In this document: positions 1 through 10,219 of the stretch, in pieces
How positions within the stretch are numbered: the first letter of the stretch is position 1
Layout of the letters: each line of letters begins with the position of its first letter
Assembly: GCA_963555755.3 (NCBI GenBank)
Contig: OY820905.2
Span: 4,352,001-4,416,000 of the forward strand
Direction of reading: 5' to 3'
DNA: 64,000 nucleotides
Origin: Nitrospirales bacterium
GTDB lineage: Bacteria; Nitrospirota; Nitrospiria; Nitrospirales; UBA8639
Translations under genes and position numbers: made by a program
The notes under the pieces: generated by a model
The model's database searches: none
Told to the model about the DNA's origin: nothing
Seen by the model: the letters and a program-made list of their open reading frames with translations, nothing else

Positions 1-82
1 TCTGTATTTTGTTCAACACTCATGAGGCGATGAATCCGAAGATGATATTCTCGGTTAGCTTTGAATCGGCGCTGGCAAATGG

Positions 83-538
83 CTATGTATCAAGCTTCCC
101 AAAATCTTCCGGTTTAAGATTTTCCAGCCATCGTTCAAGTTCCTCTGAGTTTTGTTTTCGGAGAACCTCTTCGGTCGTAAAAATCGGAGCTTCGGTACGA
201 AGGGCTAGAGCAATCGCGTCACTTGGACGAGAGTCAATGGAATACTCTGAGTCGCCATACCAAAGATGTATTTTGGCAAAGTAAGTATTGTCCTTTAAAT
301 CCGTGACCACGGCACTCAAGACTTTTGCATCGACGTTGTCCAGAATGGATTTCATAAGATCGTGGGTCATGGGTCGTGGAGGGGTAATACTTTCCAATGC
401 AAAACTGATGGCACTCGCTTCAGACTTTCCAACCCAAATGGGGAGCATATCTGAGTTTTGTTCGTCACGAAGAATCACGATGTAGGCATTGTTGTACGGG
501 TCAAACAACAGACCCCGAACATTCATCTGTGTAATCAT
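83..538 (-). CDS. Bifunctional nuclease family protein (DUF151)
   Basis: LPIWVGKSEA, PRPMTHDL and IDSRPSDAIALA motifs; start moved to the ATG at 538. Confidence 0.9.
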   Translation of the reverse strand: MITQMNVRGLLFDPYNNAYIVILRDEQNSDMLPIWVGKSEASAISFALESITPPRPMTHDLMKSILDNVDAKVLSAVVTDLKDNTYFAKIHLWYGDSEYSIDSRPSDAIALALRTEAPIFTTEEVLRKQNSEELERWLENLKPEDFGKLDT

Positions 539-699
539 TGGAAACGGTCCACCGTTTAACGCACTTTTCCATCTTAAAGGAAATAAATTAGCACCCATTT
601 CTTTCTTTTGTCAACGTAAGTCCGAGATTTTAAAGGAAATCCTGGGTTTGAGCCTGCTATGCCGAGGGTGGGTAAATGGGGCAATTGATGGCGGTTAGA

Positions 700-1207
700 T
701 TAGATATGTGGGAGTTGAAAGGACGATAGTTGTTTTGTCAAATACGCAGTGACGTGGCTGGGCTCGATTTGGGCTACTTCTCCTGTTCGTCGATCCTTGA
801 TCTCGATAATCCCCCTGGCGAGCCCTCTGTCTCCAATGGTGACGTGGTAGGGTGCCCCGATCAGGTCCGCATCATTAAATTTCACTCCGGCGCGTTCGTC
901 GCGATCGTCCCATAAGACTTCTATCCCTGCTTCTGTTAATGCCTGATAGAGTGACTGGGTGGTCTCCTGAACTTTTTCAGAAGCCGTGACTGGGAGAAGA
1001 TGAACGTGAAACGGGGCTATCGGGGCAGGCCAGATCATCCCTTTGGCATCGTGATTTTGTTCAATAGAGGCTGCAGCCGTGCGGCTGACCCCAATCCCAT
1101 AGCATCCCATAATGGGTAAGGTTTCTTTACCCTGCTCATCGAGGAAGGTGGCTCCCATGGCTTGGCTGTATTTAATGCCGAGAAGGAAGACATGGCCGAC
1201 TTCAATG
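700..1207 (-). pseudogene. proS: Duplicated 3' fragment of proS (motif 3 plus anticodon-binding domain)
   Basis: Matches 21495-22002; about 410 bp identical, differences confined to the last ~100 bp of the gene. Confidence 0.95.
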
Positions 1208-1397
1208 AGAGGTGGTCCCAGGAATCGGACAGGGTTTTAGGCTACAATTGATGACTAAAGGAGGGTCATGGATTATGAGTCGAACCCGAAAGAATTATCC
1301 TGCCAATTTTAAGACCAAGGTTGCGTTGTCCGTGCTCCGAGAGGATGCGCCGATATCGGATCTGGCTTTAAAATATGGCGTGCATGCCACCATCATT
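1206..1397 (+). mobile_element. IS3-family left-end remnant with truncated OrfA
   Basis: IR-like TG..GTGGTCCCAGGAATCGGACA; OrfA HTH start MSRTRKNYPANFKTKVAL..LALKYGVH from 1275. Confidence 0.75.
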
Positions 1398-2114
1398 TCG
1401 AGGGCTTCAACAATTATTGTCGATTTAGTTGGTCTTCCTCAGATAATTACAGTCACCAAAAGACTAATAACCTCTTAGTCAGATCCCCCCTCTTGTTGGT
1501 TTTATCAGGATATTCATTCAGAAAGCATAGGTTTGCTAGTATACTAATTGACGTATGGGTGTCCTTATTTTCCAACAAAGGCGATCGAGACAGGAAGTAC
1601 TATGCCGAATGCACCCAACCCTGGGGTTTTTCATGTAAGTTGTGCATGAATCCATTCGTTTTTAATCAACGGCCGAAAAATCGATGTGAACCCAATCGAA
1701 CTACATTGGATCCAGCGGTGACACTATTAGTGTCACCGCAGAGTCTACTTTTTCGTTGAAGTCTAAAGTCGGGTTCATTTATTACCGAATACAACACTAT
1801 TAGGAATGATTTCCTTATAAAATCCTGTTGTATTTTGAAGAGTTGTAATTTGGGGTAGGCAGTCCAGACAATTCCCATAGCGGGCGATACTTTCATAATT
1901 GTCCTGTAATCCTTTTCTAAGGGGAAGTGCTGTTTGATTTCTAAGAATCCATTTGGAAACAGGTGATTCCTGGAGATTGTCCAGATTACCAGAAAGAAGC
2001 CACGTCCTGGGGTTAACAGAAGAAATGGTGAAAGGTGGCCTTTCCGGGTTGAAACGGGATAAGTTTTGAGTGGGGTAGTACCCTGGCATCATTAACTTTG
2101 GGAAGAAAGAACGC

Positions 2115-3293
2115 ATGAAGATTTTAGTGCTGAACTACGAATTCCCACCTCTAGGCGGTGGTGCATCTCCGGTCGGATATGAGATTTCCAAGCGGTATAT
2201 CGAGCGGGGCCACCAGGTTGATGTCGTGACCATGGGTTTCAGTGCACTGCCGAGTTTTGAGAATGTAGAGGGAATGAATGTCTATAGGGTTTGGTCTTTG
2301 CGACGGAAAAAAGAGATTTGCCAACCATACGAAATGCTTTCCTTCGTTCTCTCAGCAATTCGTTTCCTTTCCAATCGTCTTAAAACAGTTTCATATGACG
2401 TCTGCCACACTCATTTCATCATACCGACAGGTCTTGTGGCTTTGTATTTGCGCAAGAAATTTGGTCTTCCATACATCGTGTCCGTGCATGGGAGTGATGT
2501 GCCTGGATACAACCCTGATCGTTTTAATTTTTTTCACAAGTTCACTGCACCAATTATCAGAAAAGTCTGCCACAATGCCGCCACCATTGTTCCTTTGTCA
2601 AAGTACCTGGAGACATTGATTTATCCCCAACTAAATGGAGAGGCGGACGGGAAAATACAAAAAATCCCAAATGGCATTGATCCAGAAAAATTCCCTCCTG
2701 GTGAGAAGAAACCCATTCTTTTAGCCACCGGGCGGCTTCTTCCTCGGAAAGGGTTTCAATACTTGATTCAGGCTCTTTCAGATGAAGATTGTGGTTGTGA
2801 GATTCACATCTGTGGAGATGGGCCAATGCTATCGCATCTCAAATCGCTTGCAAAAAAATCTAAGACGAAAGTGATGTTGCACGGTTGGGTCAATAATCGT
2901 TCGGAATTCTATAGGGACTTGTTGGGCTCAGCTGCCATTTATGTCCTGGTCTCTAAAAATGAAAATGCGAGTGTGGCCTTGTTAGAGGGAATGAGTGCAG
3001 GTTGTGCAGTGGTGACCTCTAATGTTTCGGGTTGCCCAGAAACGATAGGGGATGCGGGAATCCAGGTTGTGCCGGAAAGACCTTCTGAATTACGACAAGC
3101 GCTGCTTACCTTGATCCAAAATGAAGATGTTCGGAGAAAATATCAGCACCTGGCTCGACAACGGGTTCTGAATGAATTTAATTGGGAGACCATAGTCTCC
3201 CGTTATGAAACGTTACTTAATAAATCGATGAAGGCGACCAGTATAAACCCAAACAGAAACACTTTAGAGTCATTGGCACAAAACTCGCAATAG
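2115..3293 (+). CDS. Glycosyltransferase family 4
   Basis: NYEFPPLGGGA N-terminus, HGSDVPG, GRL..RKG and EGMSAG motifs. Confidence 0.92.
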   Translation: MKILVLNYEFPPLGGGASPVGYEISKRYIERGHQVDVVTMGFSALPSFENVEGMNVYRVWSLRRKKEICQPYEMLSFVLSAIRFLSNRLKTVSYDVCHTHFIIPTGLVALYLRKKFGLPYIVSVHGSDVPGYNPDRFNFFHKFTAPIIRKVCHNAATIVPLSKYLETLIYPQLNGEADGKIQKIPNGIDPEKFPPGEKKPILLATGRLLPRKGFQYLIQALSDEDCGCEIHICGDGPMLSHLKSLAKKSKTKVMLHGWVNNRSEFYRDLLGSAAIYVLVSKNENASVALLEGMSAGCAVVTSNVSGCPETIGDAGIQVVPERPSELRQALLTLIQNEDVRRKYQHLARQRVLNEFNWETIVSRYETLLNKSMKATSINPNRNTLESLAQNSQ

Positions 3294-3378
3294 TATTCCG
3301 TACGAAAATAATTTAGTGGAGGTCAGGCTCGTCTGACCCACTTCAAGGTAACGTGCAGCTTAAAAAAAGTGGTATACT

Positions 3379-4170
3379 ATGAAATCCTTGAATATGAAGA
3401 TTCTGGAGCGCCACCAGCTGATCGAAGAAGTGATCGGGATGGTGCTAAGTATCTCGCCCACTTGTCTCCCCTTCTCGTCGCCTAAGGAGACGATAAGCCG
3501 CCTCTCACGGACATGGAACGCTGCCGATTTCCGCCTTCGCCTCCCGTTCCGCCGTCTCGAAGAACTGGTCGCCGGGCAAGCACTAGCGGTAACGATCCCA
3601 GACCTATATTCGGTTCAGGCTTCCCTGCCGCCCTATGAGAAGCTGATCCTGGCGTCGCTCGTCTCGATGCTGCAGCCGCGCAACATCCTTGAGATCGGTA
3701 CATTCGACGGAGCGACCGCCCTGCTCATGGCGGCCAACTCGCCCGGTGCGACAATTTATACCTTGGACCTGCCGGAAGATGCACCCGAATACACCGGGCC
3801 GGTCACCGAGGCCGATTTCGATCATATCACGAACCGGAGAGTTGGCCATGTGTACCAAGGCACCCCACAGGCGGAGCGGATCGTGCAGCTGTTTGGAGAC
3901 AGCATGACCTTCGATTTCGCCAGCATTGGCGTCACGTTCGATTTCGTATTTATAGATGGGGCGCATACCTACGAGTATGTTTCCTCAGACACAGAACGTG
4001 TCTCACCCTTCCTCTCCGAGTTGGCGTGGATCGTCTGGGATGACTACGACATGTATAATTCTGGAGTCCGGCAGTATCTGAATACACGTAAGGCGAGGGG
4101 ATCGTTTCGCGTGACCAATAGCCGTCTCGTAGTCGAGGATTCCGCAAACCGGTACGGCACTGGGACTTGA
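3379..4170 (+). CDS. Class I SAM-dependent methyltransferase (Methyltransf_24-like)
   Basis: ILEIGTFDG, FDFVFIDGAHTYE and VWDDY motifs; start uncertain. Confidence 0.85.
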   Translation: MKSLNMKILERHQLIEEVIGMVLSISPTCLPFSSPKETISRLSRTWNAADFRLRLPFRRLEELVAGQALAVTIPDLYSVQASLPPYEKLILASLVSMLQPRNILEIGTFDGATALLMAANSPGATIYTLDLPEDAPEYTGPVTEADFDHITNRRVGHVYQGTPQAERIVQLFGDSMTFDFASIGVTFDFVFIDGAHTYEYVSSDTERVSPFLSELAWIVWDDYDMYNSGVRQYLNTRKARGSFRVTNSRLVVEDSANRYGTGT

Positions 4171-4255
4171 ATAAAAGCCAAAGGGGAAAATAGAAATGGG
4201 AGTGTTCCCTGACTGGCATTAAGCTTTATGGTTTTGCGCCACGAGGAGGTTAGTT

Positions 4256-5485
4256 ATGAGGGTCTGTCTTTCCTGTGTCGAGTTTTTTTGTTATGGAAAA
4301 ATTGGAGGGTTTGGCCGGGCAACAAGGACCATTGCAAAAGGATTGGTGAAACGTGGACTCGAAGTGTTTGCTGTTGTCCCTCGACAAGCGGGCCAACCTC
4401 CAATGGAAAAGATAGACGGAATCACTGTGTTGAGTTTTCCCAAATATGAACCTTGGAGGATGTGGGGGCTTTACAAACAAGTCAACGCTGATATTTATCA
4501 TGCGTCGGAACCGTCACTGGCCACCTGGATTGGAATGAAGGCCATGCCAGACCGGAAGCATATTGTCGTCTTTCAAGATGCACGAAATTTCCATGATTGG
4601 ATGAAGGAACTTTCCCTGCCGGCCAAGAGCAAGCTTCAGGTCATTTCCAATTACATGTACGAGCACCACTTTCTGGCACAAATTGCCGTTCGCAAGGCGG
4701 ACGGGGTGTACACGCAGTCAGAAGAACAAACTGAGAAGATCAAAGACGTCTATAAACTTCAAGACGATGTCCTGCCTCTTCATAATCCGGTCACCGTACC
4801 AGCCAGCGTTGAAAAGGCGGCTGTTCCCACGGTTGGTTGGATGAATCGATTTGATCGAATAAAGCGCCCTGAACTATTTTTGGAACTGGCGGTCAAATTC
4901 CCAGAGGTCAAATTTATTGCCGCGGGCTTTTCTAAAGACAAAGAATGGGACCGCTATTTGCGGAACAAATATGGGCATCTTCCGAATCTCGAAATGCCAG
5001 GGTTTATCGACCAGTTCACTGATAGTAAACGGCACTCGGAGATCTTACAACAATCCTGGATCATGGTGAACTCATCGTTGAAGGAAGCGCTTCCAAACAA
5101 TGCGTATTTGGAGTCCCTCGCAAACAAGTGCGCGCTCTTGTCTAATATCCCCCCAGATGTCACGGATTTTTATGCGACGAATTTTGGCTATTGTGGGACC
5201 CAGGATGATCTCTCGGAAGGCCTTCGCTTTCTTCTTGAAAATGACCGTTGGCGGGAACTTGGCGAGAAGGGGTACAGTCATATGCTGGAACAATATCGTA
5301 CCGAGCTCGTTATTGACCAACACCTTCATGTCTATGACATGGCCATGAAGGGGCTTCCCCCGAACGTTGAAGGAGGCCAAATCAAACCACCCAATCACAC
5401 GCACGAATGTGAAGATGGGGCGTTCGCCATCAACGGAGAGTTAGACCGAAACCGCAATCCGAGGTACGAATCGGCATGCAAATGA
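4256..5485 (+). CDS. Glycosyltransferase family 4
   Basis: GKIGGFGR, RFDRIKRPE and NSSLKEALPN motifs. Confidence 0.88.
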   Translation: MRVCLSCVEFFCYGKIGGFGRATRTIAKGLVKRGLEVFAVVPRQAGQPPMEKIDGITVLSFPKYEPWRMWGLYKQVNADIYHASEPSLATWIGMKAMPDRKHIVVFQDARNFHDWMKELSLPAKSKLQVISNYMYEHHFLAQIAVRKADGVYTQSEEQTEKIKDVYKLQDDVLPLHNPVTVPASVEKAAVPTVGWMNRFDRIKRPELFLELAVKFPEVKFIAAGFSKDKEWDRYLRNKYGHLPNLEMPGFIDQFTDSKRHSEILQQSWIMVNSSLKEALPNNAYLESLANKCALLSNIPPDVTDFYATNFGYCGTQDDLSEGLRFLLENDRWRELGEKGYSHMLEQYRTELVIDQHLHVYDMAMKGLPPNVEGGQIKPPNHTHECEDGAFAINGELDRNRNPRYESACK

Positions 5486-5614
5486 AAGCCGCGATGTGAA
5501 GCTGAAACAAGAGACCGGAGGATCTCGCCAATTATCAGAAGTATCGTACGTTGAAAGTCTTCAGCCGAATTTCTTCACAAATATTTTCCTCTCATAGTCT
5601 TCAGATCATTTGAC

Positions 5615-6616
5615 ATGGATAAAAGACGAATCTTCAGTGTTCTCCTGAAACTTGGATTGACGGGAGTTGTGATAGGTCTTCTGCTCAACTTTGTTGGGTG
5701 GGATAAGGTAATCGGTGGAGTAAAACAGGCAGATCCAATATGGTTGATGGCATTCTTTGGTATCGCTCTGGTAGGTAGATGTATTGAGGCTATCCAAATG
5801 CGTCTGGTACTCACTAAGCTGGAGGTGAAAATCACAATACTTCGGATCTTTCAGGCCAATGCCTTATCCGTGCTCTACTCTCTGGTCGTGCCGGGCGATG
5901 TTGTAGCGAGTGTGGCCAAATGGAGTAATCTTTCGGCTGCGACAGGAAAAAAAACACTCATCCTCAGTGCGATGGTTTACAACCGAATCGCACTGCTCAC
6001 ACCCGTGCTTGCCGTAGGAACCGTAGCGCTGGTGATCGAAAACCCATTTACTGAAAGTACTTATATCGTCGTCGGGGTAATGCTGACCAGCATCCTGATC
6101 ATGTTACTGGCTCTGGGTTTGTTTCATCCGACTCTTAGTGTTTTTGGCTCTAGTGTTCTGCGATGGCTCTGCAAGCCATTTCCTCCCCGGATCCGCGAAA
6201 TGGTCGAGTATGTAATAGTCTCACTCGAGGGTTTCCGTAGATTTGGGGTCAGGGATCATCTGGCGGTATATGGATTGTCTCTGCTGGTGTCATTCACGAG
6301 TGTTACCATTTTAGGCTGTGCGACTCGCGCTATGGGGATCGAACTTTCCCCCTTGGTGTTATTTTGGATCATGGCGATATTGATTGTGGCACGTCAAATT
6401 CCAGCAACTGTGGGCAACCTTGGCGTTCGGGAAGGCCTCTTAATTATGTTGATGGGTCTCTATGGCGTTGAACCGGAACGTGCCTTGGCCGTGGGCTTGA
6501 TACTGTTCAGCGGCATCCTGATGTATGCGCTATTTGGTTTGGCCTACCAAGTAACCTTGAGTCTTGGGTTAGCGAGCTGGCGTCCTCAATTGGCATGTGA
6601 AACACGTGACCATTAG
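5615..6616 (+). CDS. Lysylphosphatidylglycerol-synthase-type (YbhN/UPF0104) flippase-like membrane protein
   Basis: Multiple TM segments; PGD and P.TVGNLGVREG motifs. Confidence 0.85.
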   Translation: MDKRRIFSVLLKLGLTGVVIGLLLNFVGWDKVIGGVKQADPIWLMAFFGIALVGRCIEAIQMRLVLTKLEVKITILRIFQANALSVLYSLVVPGDVVASVAKWSNLSAATGKKTLILSAMVYNRIALLTPVLAVGTVALVIENPFTESTYIVVGVMLTSILIMLLALGLFHPTLSVFGSSVLRWLCKPFPPRIREMVEYVIVSLEGFRRFGVRDHLAVYGLSLLVSFTSVTILGCATRAMGIELSPLVLFWIMAILIVARQIPATVGNLGVREGLLIMLMGLYGVEPERALAVGLILFSGILMYALFGLAYQVTLSLGLASWRPQLACETRDH

Positions 6617-7016
6617 CTAGATTATGGCCCTTCACCCCGAATCCTTTGTGAAAAGTACTCACTCTCACGTCTAGGGTTTCTCCTGCCACCTCATCACGTG
6701 CCCACATTACATATGAATGAATTGCTGATCACAGCCAAGGCTACCTTTTAGGTAGGGTTTGGCTATAATCGCCAAAAATTCATGTGTAGGGCCAACACAG
6801 GATGGCCCAAAAGCCCCACCAATGAATTTTTGGCCTAGGCGTCATAAGGAGAGAAGTTCTGAAAACATAACGGAAAATATTATATGTTTTTTGAAGTGCT
6901 GAACCGTGAACCGGGCCTACAAACGGCTAACAACAAGATATCACTATGGAAGAACGCAAAGGAAACGTAAGACACATAATAAACCTCATGGATTTGAGGT
7001 CCACCTACCGGTGGGG

Positions 7017-9594
7017 CAATGGCATTCGGTTTGGTTCGAACGAACAATCTGCCTTCTCTGTTATCAGCGGAACTGGTTGATTGATCAGGGCTTCTGAACC
7101 GAAGTCGCCCTGGTGTCCTTTTTCGCTTGACTTCTTTTCCGTCTTCTGAGAGACTATCCTCGATGAAGACTGTGGACACCTTACCCAAGACGACCTTTAG
7201 CGGGCGGCGGTTCACCCGCAAGCAGTTGGCGCAGGTCCAAGAAACCGTCCAGCTGTTCCCCCACCTGAGTCGGAAGGAATTGGCCCTCACCGTCTGTGAG
7301 CATCTCAGCTGGACCACGCCGACGGGCCACAACAAGATTCATTCCTGTTTGACCTTGCTGACCGAGCTGGAAGCGCACGGGATCGTGACTCTGCCGGCCA
7401 CGCGCCACAAGCGCGCGCCGGGACACCCCATCCCTGCGTTTCACGAGCCGCCCCCCACCGAGCCACTCACCGACACCCTCGCCGCCGTGGCCCCAATTAC
7501 CCTGCACCGGGTGGTCTCGAAAGAGGAACGCGAGAGCTGGAAAGCCTACCTGCAGACCTATCATTATTTGGGCTATAAACACCCGATCGGGGCCCAGCTG
7601 GGCTATCTGGTGAGATCGGCCGCCCAGCCGTACCCGCTGGGCTGTCTGCTGTTTTCGGCCTCGGCCGCCTGGGCGCTGGCCCCCAGAGATCACTGGATTG
7701 GCTGGGACGTGACGCACCGGAGGAAGCTCCTGCCATTGGTGTTGCGCAATGATCGGTTTTTGATCTTTCCGTGGATTGACGTGCCGAATCTCGCCAGCCA
7801 TGTGCTGGCGCGGGCCACCAAGCAGATCGGGGACGACTGGGTTGAAGTCTACGGTTATCGCCCGGTGCTGATTGAAACGTTCATCGATCCCTCCCGGTTT
7901 GCCGGGACCTGTTATCGAGCGGCCAATTGGCACTTCGTGGGCTACACCGAGGGGCGCGGGCGGTTTGGCTCAACGTCGGACCGTCCACCCACGACAAAAG
8001 AGATTTTTCTCTATCCGCTCCAACCCGACTGGCGCGCGTGCCTGACTGCCGGGCATCGAGCCGTCACGGTGAAGACACGCTATCGCAACGACGTGCGAGC
8101 CAGTCGCACACGGTCCGTCGGGGAAGGGTTTGTCGCCTGGTGGAAACAGGTGGTCCACATCCTCCACGACGTGGCGGCCCAGTACGATGACCAGTGGCGC
8201 GTCCGGAAACGGGTGATCGATTCCCTGATCCTGATGCTGTTGATCTTTCGGTTGGTGTCGTCAACCAACTCCCAAAGTTACGGCACCACCATTGATGACT
8301 TGTGGGACAGTTGCGACAACCTGGCGCTCGCGCTCCCGCAACCCCACAGCATCGCGCCGGCGTCCTTTTGTGTCGCACGTCGCAAACTGGACGAAGCCAT
8401 TTTCCAGTCCGTCAACCGGAACATTCTGGACGCCTATGCCCCACACGACTCCAACGACACTTGGTTGGGCCATCGGGTGTTTGCCGTCGATGGCTCCAAG
8501 CTTACACTGCCCCGCGCGTTGCGGGCGTGTGGCTACCCCTTGCCCTCTGACAATGCACACTATCCTCAAGGGTTGCTGAGTTGCCTCTACCACCTCACGT
8601 CGCAAGTGCCCTGGGATTTCGACCTCGTCGCGCATGGCAACGAGCGACGGTGCGCCCTGCGGCACCTGGCTGTGCTGAAGCCCAACGATGTCGTGGTGTA
8701 CGATCGAGGCTATTTCTCCTACGTCCTGCTGCATCAGCACTGGACCGCCGGGATCCACGCCGTGTTTCGTCTCCAAGACAGCGGGTTCAAGGAGATTCAA
8801 GAGTTTTTTGCCGGCCCGGACACCGACACCACGGTCACCCTCTTCCCCGCCGCACGCACGCAACGAGACATCCGGGCGGTCTATCCTGATCTCGCCATCA
8901 TCCCGTTGAGCCTGCGGCTTCTGAAATATGAGATGGCCGGCAGCCGATTTTGCTTGGGCACCACCCTGGTCGGCCCCCAGCAGCGGTATCCGCTCCAGGA
9001 GTTCATGGATCTCTACCATGCCCGTTGGGGCATCGAGGAACTCTACAAGGTGAGCAAGCGCCTGTTCCTCATCGAGGAGTTTCATGCCAAAACCGAGCGC
9101 GGCGTCAAACAAGAGCTCTTCGCGCATTTCGTCCTGATCACCATGAACCGGCTGTTCGCCAATCGGGCGGACCACGCACTCAATCCCGAAGCCCCCGCAG
9201 CTGAGCCCATGGCCCCTCCCGGATCGTCCATAGTTGGAACCGGCACCGGGGCGAGGCGGACATTCAAGACCAACTTCAAACATTGCCTTCACGTGTTTGC
9301 GCGAAGCTTCGAAGATCTGCTCGTGCTCCATGCTCGGATGCAGACCGCCGTCCAACGGGCCTTCGAGTCCATTGTGAGTCACTACCAACGGGTGAGGCCG
9401 GGCCGATCCTATCCTCGAACATCCATGAAACCGGAGTCCACGTGGCATCCACCCAAAAAGAACAGCCAGTCCAAGAACCCCACAGGGTCGATGGCCTCTA
9501 TCTGAAAGTCCCTTAAGCACATGGAATCCGTTTCTTAAACGAATGAGCCAAATCCTTAAACGAATGCCGCCCATTCCTTAAACGAATGCCATTG
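7017..9594 (+). mobile_element. IS4-family element with DUF4338-transposase fusion, copy 1 (2578 bp)
   Basis: Terminal IR CAATGGCATTCG; 10-bp TSD ACCGGTGGGG at 7007-7016 and 9595-9604. Confidence 0.95.
7127..9505 (+). CDS. DUF4338 (DruA-like) domain fused to IS4-type DDE transposase
   Basis: N-half HYLGY, RDHWIGW, NLAS, ETFID..GTCYRAANW; C-half AVDGS, YDRGY, LYHARWGIEELYK; start may be the ATG at 7163. Confidence 0.9.
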   Translation: MTSFPSSERLSSMKTVDTLPKTTFSGRRFTRKQLAQVQETVQLFPHLSRKELALTVCEHLSWTTPTGHNKIHSCLTLLTELEAHGIVTLPATRHKRAPGHPIPAFHEPPPTEPLTDTLAAVAPITLHRVVSKEERESWKAYLQTYHYLGYKHPIGAQLGYLVRSAAQPYPLGCLLFSASAAWALAPRDHWIGWDVTHRRKLLPLVLRNDRFLIFPWIDVPNLASHVLARATKQIGDDWVEVYGYRPVLIETFIDPSRFAGTCYRAANWHFVGYTEGRGRFGSTSDRPPTTKEIFLYPLQPDWRACLTAGHRAVTVKTRYRNDVRASRTRSVGEGFVAWWKQVVHILHDVAAQYDDQWRVRKRVIDSLILMLLIFRLVSSTNSQSYGTTIDDLWDSCDNLALALPQPHSIAPASFCVARRKLDEAIFQSVNRNILDAYAPHDSNDTWLGHRVFAVDGSKLTLPRALRACGYPLPSDNAHYPQGLLSCLYHLTSQVPWDFDLVAHGNERRCALRHLAVLKPNDVVVYDRGYFSYVLLHQHWTAGIHAVFRLQDSGFKEIQEFFAGPDTDTTVTLFPAARTQRDIRAVYPDLAIIPLSLRLLKYEMAGSRFCLGTTLVGPQQRYPLQEFMDLYHARWGIEELYKVSKRLFLIEEFHAKTERGVKQELFAHFVLITMNRLFANRADHALNPEAPAAEPMAPPGSSIVGTGTGARRTFKTNFKHCLHVFARSFEDLLVLHARMQTAVQRAFESIVSHYQRVRPGRSYPRTSMKPESTWHPPKKNSQSKNPTGSMASI

Positions 9595-10219
9595 ACCGGT
9601 GGGGAGGTGGGCCTGACAAAACCATATTAAACTCAGCCAAACAGCATGATCCTGCTATCGTCAAAACGACGGTGGTCTATCTGTGCTCAGATTGGGATAC
9701 TGATTTTTCACTCGGCACTAAGGCCAGGGAAATGGGACTTAATATTGTTGAGATCATTGAACACGGTGCATTTGATAGAAAAGCGTTCTTGGAAGTTGTT
9801 CGCATAGTTCGGGAACAAAAAATTGATATTATTCATTCACGTGACTATAAGACCAACCTGTACGCTCTTCTTATACGTTACTTCTTTCAAAAATCTGTAA
9901 AAATTGTAACCTTGGCTCATGGGTGGGTTGGAAGCGGGTTTAAGCTGCAGTTTTATTACACCATAGACAAGGTACTTGCCTCTTTTTTTGACCGAAACCT
10001 GCTGCTTTACAAATCACAGCGAGACCTGTTTATTCGAAAGCCAAATCGGGACAAAACAACCATCGTATTCAATGGTATAGACCCCCTAGATTGGTCACGT
10101 AGAAACATCTCGACCGATACCCTAAGGCAAGAGCTAAACATACCCAGCGAGCAGAAAATAATTGGTTTTGTTGGTCGAATAATGCCTGAAAAGGACATTA
10201 TTTCTATGCTAGCGAAAAG

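Larger units (their letters stand above)
6946..10211 (+). pseudogene. GT4 glycosyltransferase split by the IS at 7017-9594 and truncated at the 3' end by a REP-like element
   Basis: Removing the IS and one TSD restores MEERKGNVRHIINLMDLRSTYRWGGGPDKTILNSAK...; homology stops after GFVGRIMPEKDI. Confidence 0.85.

Noticed and set aside
1400..2114. Short ORFs upstream of the first glycosyltransferase
   Set aside because: No family recognised; probably decayed sequence.
8261..9574. 437-aa antisense ORF (and its mirror at 15967-17280)
   Set aside because: Shadow frame of a GC-rich transposase with no recognisable motifs.
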